Assembly: GCA_024704765.1 (NCBI GenBank)
Contig: JAKMXF010000338.1
Coordinates: 154,878-218,877 of the forward strand
Source: Oopsacas minuta
Taxonomy: Eukaryota > Animalia > Porifera
Direction of reading: 5' to 3'
DNA: 64,000 nt
The number at the start of each line of letters is the position of its first letter. Within the stretch, counting starts at the first letter, position 1. This document shows, one piece after another, positions 11,530 to 23,696 of this stretch. Under the pieces are notes generated by a model. The model was not told where the DNA came from and searched no databases. It saw nothing but the letters and a program-made list of their open reading frames with translations. The translations under genes were made by a program, and so were the position numbers.

Positions 11530-11975
11530 ATGGGCAAATTACCCAGGGGACGAAATTTCAAGAGATTCCATGAATTTTGTTACGAACGTAAAGTCCGGCA
11601 GTATTCGGTTAATTTAGTTCGAAACCCTTTTGTGCAAAAAGTGGAAGATTGTATTACTGATGATCAGGATGATGCCCAAGAGGAATTTATAAATTTGATT
11701 AATGACTCGGGAGCAAAGGCTCTATTTTCAACGATGAGTGTTCCCTGTTACACACCTATCCATTGGTATCACAAATCGCAATTAAGGCGCTACTACCATT
11801 TCCTTCTACCTACTTAAGTGAAACAGGTTTCTCCAGTCTACTAACAATTAAAACGAAAAATCGAAATAGATTGGATGTTGAACATGATTTAAGATGCTGT
11901 CTTTCTAAAACCGAGCCAAGGATTTCTCAACTTGTTGAAAAAAAAACAGTTTCAACTCTCACATTAGGCATATAA
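11530..11975 (+). pseudogene. hAT transposase C-terminal (dimerisation domain) fragment
   Basis: IAIKALLPFPSTYLSETGFSSLLTIKTKNRNRLDVEHDLR motif. Confidence 0.8.
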
Positions 11976-12436
11976 ATGAAAATTTTTCTTTTAAAAGAAC
12001 TTTATACAAAAAATATATTTAGTGGTAAAGTTGGCACGTTCCTGAGTAACAGTAGTGAGTATGGAAATTATATATTAGCCAAAACCTTAAAAACCTGACA
12101 AAATTATATGATTATTGACAAAAGATTCATGCAATTGTGCTTTATATCCCGAGTGTCAATGCCCTTGAAATTCATCAAAATCAGATACCTGTTGACAATG
12201 AGTCAATCCGAATTTTAACAAAGTCTAGAGTGAAGTTAATTTGTCTCTGATATATACATAAACCATCCAGTAAAAGATAACACTTTCTACCTATTCCTAG
12301 TCGAGAAAAGTCTTTTGGTACCAATGGCTTAGTGTATCATAAATTTTGATTCAATGCTTCGAAATTCGCGAAAGAAATTATGAAGAACGTATAACAGTGT
12401 AAAGTCGATTACTAGGACCATTTGTTTATCCTAAAG

Positions 12437-14852
12437 CAGCGGTCGGCAACCTCCGGCCCGCGGGCCTAATCTGGCCCGTGAGGCGAATTCATCCGGCCCG
12501 CGGCGCTCCTTAGCATCCCTGTTGTGAACTCCAATTTGTTCATCAATTGGAAGCAAAAATTCTAAAATATTATTTTCCTAAGATAATCCTTGATGGTGAA
12601 TGCATGGTTCAATACATGGTTCAATGAATAGTGGTGATTGTGCATGCGCAATGTATTTCTTTAGCACCTTACAAGTTACAACCTGTCAATAATATAATTG
12701 AATAAATATGATTATCACGTCTTTTCAAGGCTGTTCTTTGTTCACTTATCATTGTTAGTAAATAGTCCTTGATTTCAAAAGCATTTTAGTAAGTATTTTT
12801 TCAATTTTTCATTAACTTCACTTATCTTTAAGTTTAGCATTTGTCGAGTGATTTTGTTGTTCAGATTTATTTACGTATGGCATCAAATAAGAGAAGAAAA
12901 GTAGATCGGGAAAATTGAACATTCACGGAAAGTTGGACTGAACAATACTTTTTGTATTATGTTTGGAGATAAGCCTTTATGCTTACTATGTAATGCAACT
13001 GTGGCTGCTGTAAAAGAGTGTAATCTAAAGCGACATTACACAACAAAGCACTCGGAGAAATTTGATTCAATTATTGGAGAAGAGCGAAAAGTAAAGATTA
13101 ATTCTCTACGAGGATCCCTGTGTAAACAACAAGATATTTTCACAAAGCAATATACCGAATCCGCAAACAGGACTTGTGCAAGTTTCGCTATCAGTGAAAT
13201 CATTGGCAGAAAAATGAAACCGTTTACTGATGGAGAATTTGTGAAAGAATGTCTTCAACTGCGGTTGACTTTGTTGCCTTGAGAAAAAAAGCCTGTTCGC
13301 TAACATCAGTCTTTCTGGAACGAACTGTCACACGTAGAATTGAAGATTTATCTGCTGACGTCAAACAATCATTAAAAGAACTTACGCGCCAATTTGAATT
13401 TTTCGCCATTGCTTTGGATGAGAGTACTGATCTCAAGGATACTGCTCAAGTTGCTGTTTTTATAAGAGGAATTAATGCGCACTTTGATATCACTGAAGAG
13501 TTTGCAAGCTTGGTTCCACTTAGGGATACTACAACTGGTCTAAATATTTTTAATGAAGTTAAAAGTGTTATAGATGACTTTGGTCCAAAATTAGATGATC
13601 TTTGTGGAGTGACAACAGATGGTGCCCCAGCAATGACCGGTACCGTGAACGGAGCTGTTTCATTAATTGAAAAAGAGATGAGGAATGTTGGAATCGAGCG
13701 AAATTTAGTACGGACACACTGCCTAATTCATCTTGAAGCCCTATGTGCAAAATGTTTGAGGATGCAAGAAGTCATGCGAGTGGTTGTTAAGACTGTGAAC
13801 TTTGTATGCTCAAGGGGGTTGAATCATCGTCAATTTCAAAAACTGATGGAAGAGATAGATTCTCAATACGGTGATTTATTATATTATTGCGAAGTTCGCT
13901 GGTTAAGCAGAGGTGCTATGCTAGAGAGAGTGTATCAGCTGAGAAATGAATTGACGACATTCGTTAGAGAAAAGGGTTTGGAAATTCCTGAGTTTAGTGA
14001 TTCAAAATGGTTGTCAGATTTTGCTTTTCTTGTGGATATTACCAATCACTTGAACCGTTAAATTTGAAACTACAGGGAAAGAACCAGTTAGCTAACGTCC
14101 TTTATGAACATGTATGTGCATTTCAAGCTAAGTTGCGATTGTGGGAGTTTCAATTGAATCAGCAGAATTGTGCACATTTTCCTAGTCTTAATGTAAATCA
14201 GCCAATTGATGTAACTTACTATTCTACTTTTATATCTGATCTAAGCGTACAATTTGATATCCGGTTTGCTGACGTAGAGAAGTATCAAAGGGAGTTCAGT
14301 TATTTCGCTAGTCCATTTGGTGTCAATTATATTGAGGCCCCAGAAGAGATGCAATTGGAGCTAATCGAGCTTCAAAATTCTGTTGAGCTTAAGTCGAGGT
14401 ACCGGGATCTTTCTTTTGTGGAATTCTATCAGAAGTACTTGACAAATGGCAAATTTCCAGTACTGAGGAAGCATCCCAAGACAACTGCAGTACTTTTTGG
14501 TAGTACTTATGTTTGCGAGTAACTTTTCTCAAGAATGAAATATGCAAAAAAACAAGTTAAGAACGAAATTAAAGAACGACCATGTGGAAAATGTAATGCG
14601 ATTATCAACTTCTACAATATTACCTGATGTAATAAGACTGTCAAAGGACGGACAGCATCAAAAATCGCATTAATAATTCACTTATTCTAGTTTTCTTCCA
14701 TTATTAAAGACAATTCTAACATATTTATTTATAATTACCAATTCGACAATTGATAAATTTCGAATAAGATCAGAGAATGGTGATCGCTTGGCCCGCGCAA
14801 TGCACTGAAAGACTCAATCTGGCCCGCAGGCTCAAAAGGTTGCCGCCCCCTG
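12437..14852 (+). mobile_element. hAT (Buster/SPIN/Charlie-like) transposon with disrupted transposase
   Basis: TIRs CAGCGGTCGGCAAC / GTTGCCGCCCCCTG, GGCCCG subterminal motifs, partial 8-bp TSD (TCCTAAAG/CTGTAAAG); BED-like CLLC..LKRHY, ALDESTD, TTDGAPAM, HCLIH, VRWLSRG, FGSTYVCE. Confidence 0.9.
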
Positions 14853-15991
14853 CTGTAAAGGATGATTAGTAAAAGGCTTAGCAGAAAATCTAATATTTGG
14901 TAAAACTAAATGTGTTATTTACACAGGTAGCTGAAAAACATTGGCACAAAAAATGAGATCCTTGAGATTTTTTCACTTTCTTGTGCAGAATTTTATGAGG
15001 AATCTGAATATCCACTCCAAAAACTTTTCCTTACATTAAATTATTTTGCAGATTATACAAACATTTAGGAAATCACAAAAATTCTGGCTATTATAATTTT
15101 AATATAACCCAATTTTTAATATATTATCGTGATTCTTCGCTGATATATTTCTTTCTAGAATTCAATTGAATTACAAGTTACCTAAGAGAATTGATGTTTT
15201 TAACGAATTCCTATCCAAAATGTCATTAGCATGGCCACAAACTGAAAAGTCTTACCAGAAATTCATATTAACGAGATAGTTTAAATAAATTAGTTAAATT
15301 ACGCTATGCAAAAAATATATCTAAAATGCCGCCCCCCGCCCCTATTTCGCAGAAAAAAATGGATGAGAATCAAGTAATTTATTTTACATGGCCTAAGTGA
15401 ACACATCTTTTTCATTATATTTCTTCAATATTTATACAAAATATTGTACAAACTGTGATCTACGAATGTGTCGTATAATATAATTATCCTTAACTTATTC
15501 TAGATTCATAGACATTTTATTGAACATCCATTTGAGTTTTTTATTCTGGATTAGTTACACGTCCTACTTTCAGCTTTGTCAACCGATAGAAGATTAAATA
15601 GTTAACTAATCCAGTTGGAGACGTAACGAGTCTTGTAGAGTCAGAACAATTATATATCTAATTAATCTGTGTGTGAAAGACCCCAGGGCTGATTTTGGCA
15701 TATATGGGTATTTTCGGCATGGCTCTGACAAGTTTGAGACTTGGACGAAGATTCACACCTAGGACGAAATTATGACGTCATTTTCACCTATACTAGTAGT
15801 AGTAAATCCAATAATCGATTTGGACAATGCTGTGGTCATCTTTCCTACTAATTTCTGAAAGAAAAGACTTTATCTTATCTCAATTAGTAATTTATTATGG
15901 AACTCAGTAATCTGAACTGTAAATACCGCGCCTGTCACTTAGTTTTTACATTTTAATTTCCCATAATCGATATTTAGTCTACGGATTACTG

Positions 15992-16702
15992 ATGGCTGGT
16001 CCCAATCCAAACTGGGAATCCACCCTTACTCAACTCCTAGCAAATGTTACCGCATGTATAAACTTATTTCATGAACTTGAAAGTGAAAAAACATGGGGGC
16101 GATAATATATCTGATTAGGTTGTTGGAGATAATAGTGAAATTCGACCAAAAGCGTATTGGATTTTACGAAAAATTTCAGAACAGTTTTGGGAACGCTTCT
16201 TTCAACCTACACAACATTATTGAGAGAGGTTGAATTGGGCAAAAAGTTGGAGCTTGGATATCAAGGAATATCTCAGCACTATAAATTAGACTACTTCCAA
16301 GACAAAGCTGACGAATCAATTGCTAAACAGTTCGAAGAATTATTTGTATCAGTTCCTGTTTTGAAATCTCCTGAGGAGCGGACTTGGAAAATGAAATCGG
16401 GAGGTATTGGAGTTCTGGGTTCTTTGGGGGTTACTATGATTGGAGCATTAGGATTAGAATTACAAATGCCTGTAGTCATTGGTAGTGCGGCAGTGATTGC
16501 ACATTACTACCTTCACTCAAAAGGGAGGAAAAGAGGGCTAGGATATCAGCATATAAAGTCACTATACGACTCTCTTAAAGATTCATTATTAATTTCCAAA
16601 TTGGAGGTTCTTTCTTTCAAGTTGGAAAACCTGTCCCACAGTAGGCTACTAGGGTACATTAGGCCCAAATTCCTACCTTCAATTTATACCATTTTGAATT
16701 AG
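15992..16702 (+). pseudogene. unidentified decayed coding sequence with a Gly-rich hydrophobic segment
   Basis: 181-aa open frame (16157-16702) with GGIGVLGSLGVTMIGALG...SAAVIAHYY, preceded by protein-like short frames; no family recognised. Confidence 0.3.
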
Positions 16703-17138
16703 GAATTAGATTCTAGATATATCCAACAAGCGATATGTAAAGTATCAGATGAAACAGTTAAGTATTTCTATTTTTGTGGTCAATCAAATGTAGGACTTCA
16801 TTGCTGTATTCTATGTTTATCCAAACATTATATAAATCAATGAAGCTATTTCAGTAATCTTTTGAATTTCTGATGCATATTGTTCATTTACATGCCTTCC
16901 AAGCAGAGTGCGCTGAATTTGAATCTATCATTGAATTTCTTCAAGAGCGAAAAGATTAATCAGATATTACGGATACAATACTGAGAAAATTTTGTAGAAA
17001 TTCCTCTCGGCCATAAGCCATCTTGTTGGCAGCAAAATTTGTTTCCATTAGTTTCCACCCTCAATTTTTAGTATGTTTCTAGTCAAGTAATATAAACAAT
17101 ATATTCAAAGTACAAATGCCGCTTCATTGCGCAACATA

Positions 17139-18470
17139 CAGGGTGTTAAGAAATTGATGTCACCTTTTTGAAATTAAATAGAGCCATAAATTAACTATTT
17201 GAATCGTGTTTTAGTTTCCAATTCTTATTCTACGTATTTGAAATAATAGAATTCCTGTAAATTCCGAAAATTATAGACACTAAAAATACTCTCTTGTTCA
17301 ATTTTTCTTACTTTTCATATACAAGAAATAATCATGGTCAAAGAAGCTACTCTAGCTGTCCGTACACGTGCAGTTTGCATGATAGAAGCTGGGATTTTTA
17401 TTAATAAAGTGGCCAAGGTTGTAGGAATATCTGTCCGTACCATTCGGCGCTGGTTGCTGAGGTCCAAGTCTGGTGAACCTCTACAGAACAGGAGGGGCTG
17501 TGGAAGGAAAACGTCCGTCACGATGGTACCGAAAGTGGTCATTGCCAAGACAATCGGTAAAAAAATGAAATCCACACGAGTTATCTCCCAGAATCTCAAA
17601 TCTAAAGGGTTTTCTATCTCCCACGTGACAGTACACTCGTATTTACGCAAAAATCTGAAAGTTCGACCATACAAACCCCAGGTTCAACCCAAATTGACGG
17701 AAAAACAGAGGACAGCTCGGATAAAATTCTGTAATGAAAGGAAGAATTGGTCAATTGATAGCTGGCGAGGGTTTTATTCTCGGACGAGTCCTCCTTTGAG
17801 GTATTCCACACTCCAAATAAGCAAAACGACCGAGTTTGGGCGAAATCTAGTTCCAATGTTCCTCCTACCGAAAAGGTCAAATTTCCTAGAAAAATCATGG
17901 TCTGGGGTGTGATGTCATACCGAGCCCTCTCACATCACATTATCCCCAAAGGACAAACTGTGACATCAGAATATTATGTGGAAGTTATATTGAAACAGTC
18001 TCTAATACCCAGCATGCTTCGAACGAGAGATTCAGGGACTATTCTGGAGAGAAAATTGTTGCTAGAAAGGTCCAAAGCAATTTTTCAACAAGATGGGGCA
18101 CCAGCACATACCTCCAAAAGAAGTCAGGAATGGCTAAAAAACAATATGCCAGGGTTTTGGACCAAGGACATATGGCCTCTAAACTCACCAGACTTAAATC
18201 CTATTGAGAACCTCTGGGCTATTTTGCAAACCAAACTGGATTCAATGGAGCGAGCAACCAACCTAAAATGTTAGAAAAGCAGCTGATTTTGGCCTGGAAG
18301 GAAATCTCACCGGAGACACTAGAGAAACTCATAGCAGGGATGCCCTCTCGCATTAATAAATGTTTAAAATTAAATGGAGATTACATAGGAAAGTAAATAG
18401 CACACCTTTCTAGTTCGCATTATTGAAATATGCATGGTATAAAATGGGACATCAATTTCTTAACACCCTG
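17139..18470 (+). mobile_element. Tc1-like TRT (DD37E) element, frameshifted
   Basis: TIR CAGGGTGTTAAGAAATTGATGTC, TA TSD; QQDGAPAH...NSPDLNPIE with 37 residues between D and E. Confidence 0.92.
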
Positions 18471-18573
18471 TATTAAATAATGTCAAATTCCATTCTCACA
18501 TCTACTTTGCTATGGTACTATGTAATGTAATTACATGGTAATTTACACCAATATAACGTAATAATTACTTATA

Positions 18574-19876
18574 CAGGGTGGCTTTTAAGTTTTGTCCCAT
18601 GATTTATAAGAACCATTTTCTATGCTGAGTCCCTGCTATTAGATATATCTTATTAGTTTACCTTATTATACTGTATATACATAAATATGCAGTTTCAGAG
18701 TACAATCGTATAGAAATTTCAATTTTATCAGTGATGGAACGTGAGAGGTCGGCAATAGTAGAATTATTTACAAAAGGACATCCTTCAAGGGAAATTTTGA
18801 AGATCCTGAAACTCCCTCTAAACAAAAGGAAATTTGTGCACCACACTATTAGGCGATACAAGGATACTGGAAGAGTTGAAGATAGGGCGAGATCAGGCCG
18901 CCCGTGCTCAGTAATCACCCCCAGCTTAGGGAAAGCCATCGCCCAGCGAATTCGCCGAAATCCTAGATGTTCCATAAGGAAAATGGATCTGATCTGAAAG
19001 TATCAAGATGTGCAATGACTAAAATTGTGAAAAGGGATTTAGGGATAAGTTCATTCAAGCGTAAGAAGGTATACTTCCTTGATCAATTGGTAAAGGAAAA
19101 AAGGGCTGCAAGATGCAAAGGTGCGTTGGGCCGGTACGCTGTTGAAAATCTAGAAAAAATATTATTTTCAGATGAGAAAATATTCACTATCCAGGAAGCA
19201 ACCAATATACAAAATGATCGTATACTTGCATTATCTCCTTCCAAAGTCGACGAGAAGTCCAGATATGTTAGCCGAATACAGAACCCTAAGTCATTGATGG
19301 TTTGGGCAGGGGTATCAAAAATCGGCAGAACATCATTGGTTTTTGTACCACAAGGGGTAAAATCAATTCAATTAATTATCGAGAAATGGTTTTGGAGCCA
19401 GTATTGAAGAATATAGGCCGAGACATGTTCGGAGGTACTTCATTTGTTTCCCAGCAAGACGGGGCGCCAGCATACACTTCTAGTGTTACCCAGTCATGGT
19501 TACATGACAATTTTCCTGGTTTTATAACCAAGGAAGAATGGCTTCCTTACAGTCCTGACCTGAATCCCATGGATTATTCTGTGTGGTCAATTCTCTAGAC
19601 GAAAGCTTGTGTTAACCCTCACACAAGTATCAAGTCACTGAAGAGGAAAATTTGCCAAGAGTGGAACAAATTCCCCAAAAAACTCTCCGTGTTGCTATTG
19701 AGGCCTTGCCAGGTAGAATTACACGTGTAATACAAAACGAGGGAGGCTATATTGAATAAATATCGCGAAATATGTTTGTCTCTGAATCATAAATTATAAC
19801 AATAAATATCATTACCAAGCTATATATATTGATAAATATTAGCTTTTGCATGTGACAGAACTTAAAAGCCACCCTG
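18574..19876 (+). mobile_element. maT-type (DD37D) element, frameshifted
   Basis: TIR CAGGGTGGCTTTTAAGTT, TA TSD; ILFSDEK, QQDGAPAY...YSPDLNPMDYSVW. Confidence 0.92.
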
Positions 19877-19954
19877 TATATACTGCATATTACGAAGTAG
19901 CATACAAGTTCATTAATTTGATAACCTAATAAACCTCTAATTATCAATTTAAAG

Positions 19955-22435
19955 ATGGCTGAAGCAACAATAGTATCTGAAAGCCCGAAAACACCTCATG
20001 ACTTGGCTATCATATTGAAGGTTCACGACTATGATATCAATCAAGCAGCAGATGAGGTGGTGCGTATACTAAATCTCGAGGAAGACAAGAGACATTCTAC
20101 GTACTCTCTAATATCTAAAGTGTCATTGATTTCAGAAAGAGTAAGAAATCTATTGAGAGCTTAGATGGTGAGTGGTGGAGTGCAAATATTCCATGGATCC
20201 CTGTTGAACCTAAGAGCACACAATCATCCCTTTCTGTTTCAGGCTGTGATGTAGAAAGCGGTGTTATATTGGTTCCAAATGTAGAGAGGAGAAAATCAAT
20301 TGATGACATTCAAGTTCGTTCAAAAAAGATAAGGCTTGATCAGACTGGGATACTTCCATCATCCAGTTAGCACAACTTGAAAATATTTCAGTTATTCGCT
20401 ACGTTGCTCTCCTCTTGTATATTGTAGCTGTAGAACAAACCGCAAATATCGCTTGAAAATCTATAACGAAGGATCAATATCAACCCTCAGTAACATAGTT
20501 TCACCAGAAAATCACATTCTTAGCATATCAACTTAAGCTGGGAAAGGAAAATGGAGAGATCTTAAATATTATCTCCAATCAGAAGGCCTCGTTTTGGCAA
20601 CTTGGGAAAATATTTGTGAAATTAGAAATCAATTGTTCCAAAATTCGACTGGTATCCAGATGTTTCCAAACCTATAGAGTCTATATATCTTACTCATCAC
20701 ATGGAATTTCTCTTTTTGACCGGTTGTTAAAAGAATTTGTGCTAAATTTTCCTGCACCACACTTCTATCCATTAACACCCAAAATCAAGAATGGATTGGA
20801 TGGTTCTGGATCTCATTCCTCTCCTGGGTTATTGTCAGACTTAAATATAGATCGATCAAATTATATTGTCTTCATGGTTTCACCCCTTCAGGTAATAGAT
20901 CGATTTGGGAATGTTCTGTGGTAAAATAGGCATCCTAACTCCTGTTTTTCCAACCAACCAGTAGCACTTATTTGCCAAAGGGAGACTATTGACACTGTGA
21001 TAGAATTGACCAAGTTACTAAACCCTGAAATTGTTCCACTAAATGAGAATGGTTTTGATCAGCTAAATGGCTATGTTAAAGTAGAAGTCAAAGCTTCAAT
21101 GTTTGACGGAAAAATGTTAGCAACAATGACAGGTAAAGGAGGAGCGCCATGTATTGCCTGCAAAGCAACCCGAAGTGATATCGATAGTATTACGAAAGTT
21201 GTTTGCGGGTTTCCTTTAGATTGTTCGATAGAGGATATCTAAGAGACAATCCATCAGTTAACTTCTGATGGAAAAGTGCTGATGAGCTACAATACAAAGC
21301 AATGGTGTGGGATTACACACGAACCTGCAGGTGGCATTGATGTATTTCCTGCAGCACCTTTACATTCTTACCTGAGGATTTTAGATTGGTTTTCGAACCT
21401 CATCTACCGAATTGCAACAGGAAAGTCCAAGTGGACTGAAGATCAAATGGTGCGAGACTATCGAGGTTTAGTATGCAAGCGTATCCATGAGCTTACGAAC
21501 TTATCATTCGACCTATCAGGAGGAAGTGGGAACACAAGCACTGGTAACATGGCAAGAACTTTTTTTTCATATAAAAAATCGTGTTTAGGATCGCTTTATC
21601 GTTTGACCAAATGTTCATAGAGATGCTCTGACAGAGATTCACAGAATCTATCTGCATTACTCAGAGTTGCTAATAGTAATGAGGTTGTCTATGTAGACAG
21701 ATTTCGTGCATTAAGTCAAGAAACCTATATACTAATCTTACAAACCTTTCCCTGGGTTTCTATAGCAATACACTCCACAAATTCTTGGCTCATGCGCATC
21801 AATTTATTGAGAGAAATGACAGGGTAGGATTATGTAGTCTTTCTGAAGAAGGGTTAGAACAAGGACATGTTGATCAGAGAGTTCTCAATACATTTGAGCA
21901 GGAAATCAGATTTTCTAAGTGGGTTAAGTGATGTTGCAATGGTGCTCTAGATCTATGGTAGTCCAATTCTGAATGAAAAATTCAGAAGGATCATTATTTG
22001 TTCCACCTGTGGTCAAGTAGGCCATCAAAAGAATTGTGTAACAAACAGGCAAGGTGAAAACGTTACAAATAATATTGATAATGAAGATTCTCTCCTTCAA
22101 AATTCCATAGATGAACTCTTCTTGCATTTAACATTAATTCATCAATAAGATATTCGTACGTTAGTTATTATTCAGTTACCATAGCCATTGTATATTTATA
22201 TTCTATTTCTTCTAATAAAAACTCAGTTTAGTGAATATCTAGATTTCTGTATTACTGTATATGGTAATTACGATTACGTCATATATTGAAAACCTGATGT
22301 GATACAACAAAATTGAAATCAACAAAAGAACCGCAGCCGACTTACTATACAGTAATAATGTATTTTATAAGCCTATCTCTAAAATAGAACGCGTAAAACC
22401 CTAATACTAGTAATTCGCAATAATAGCCCACTGTG
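19955..22435 (+). mobile_element. RAG1-like/Transib transposon family 2 (decayed ORF plus intact 3' end)
   Basis: RRKSIDDIQVRSKKIRL (NBD-like), KNGLDGSGSH, SMFDGKM, APCIACK, APLHSYLRILDWF, TLHKFLAH, LSEEGLE, C-terminal CSTCGQVGHQKNC; ends ...TAGCCCACTGTG at 22435; 5' end not found. Confidence 0.85.
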
Positions 22436-23585
22436 CTGCAAAGAAGCCGATTCGCAGCTAGATCAATACAAACTCACGTTTGATCACACCTCAAAAAGCA
22501 ATAAGTTCTAATAAAATCTCGCTAACAAATTCATTGACAAACTATACAGTGTATTCTTATAGCTAAACCCCCTACCAACTATAAAGCATATTTTTGAGCT
22601 AGACCACTACAAACTATGATAAATTTCTAAGATCTATTTTTGGGAACATTTCTTTAATTAGATTTCTTTACTTAGACAAAGACTAGATGGCTTGCTGTGA
22701 GAATTTTACTGATGAAATTGGAAAAGGAGCCATCATACAGCCCACACCAATATATCGATTAGTATCTATTATTGTATTCACCTGTTTAATGACCTGGAAA
22801 TAGAACGAACACTAACAGAAAAGTTGTTTGACTACTTCGCAGGTGAGAGAAATCTAATCGACATAGAAAATCTGCCTAGAAATTTTGAAATATTGAAGAA
22901 AGAGGTAGAGATAGGAATACAACTCTATGTGAAGTTATCCTGTAAGATGAATTTCTTGAATGCCAATCCAAACTTTCAAGGTTTTAAACAACTATCAATA
23001 AGAAATTCTGACAAAACCACTCCCCGTTGGGGATTCAACAAGAATTGGGATCTGATTTCGATGAGCTACTAGCTATAGTTGCAGATATCAAAGTGCCGGA
23101 AAAAGATACAAGACAAAGATGGTTCAATTATATTAGTATCATGATCGTAAAATGCTCTTCAATACTGCAAGGATACTCTATCAAACTCTAAATCAAGAGT
23201 TAATACTACCTGTATTAAATATTAGTTAAACAAGGAAATGTTTGTGAATATGTCAAATTGACTATACATTATCGTTATCTAAATACTCTCGCTAGTAAAT
23301 ATACATAATTGTATGGAAGCTCTCATAGCGACCATTGAAATTATATTTTTTGTTTTTATATGACGACAACATATATTCCTTCCAGTTCATTGCATTATAT
23401 GTGCGAATAGTGAAATCATTCCTTATGGTCATATTCGGAATCAATTAACAAATCAAATTAGGTGCGAATTGTCGGTATTCCCTAAAAATAGCCATTTTTG
23501 CTAAAAATTTCGAATTCCCTTCAAATTAGCATTCTCGGCAAATAATTCTCCTATATAATGTATATTTATTATATATTTGTATTAT

Positions 23586-23660
23586 GAGTCCGCTGGCCTA
23601 GTGGAAAGAACAACTTCCCCCAAGAACCAGGTCATGGGTTCGAATCCTTAGGTAGAACTC
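23586..23660 (+). pseudogene. tRNA-like sequence (tRNA pseudogene or SINE head)
   Basis: A-box TGGCCTAGTGG, B-box GGTTCGAATCC, partial acceptor stem GAGT..ACTC; anticodon arm does not fold. Confidence 0.45.
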
Positions 23661-23696
23661 ACTCTTTTGATCAGAATTTTATCAGCTGATTTATTT

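Noticed and set aside
16700-19954. 5' terminus and TSD of the family-2 RAG1-like element
   Set aside because: No CACAGTG preceded by CTGCA (the 3' flank) was found; two Tc1-type insertions occupy the region and the end appears lost
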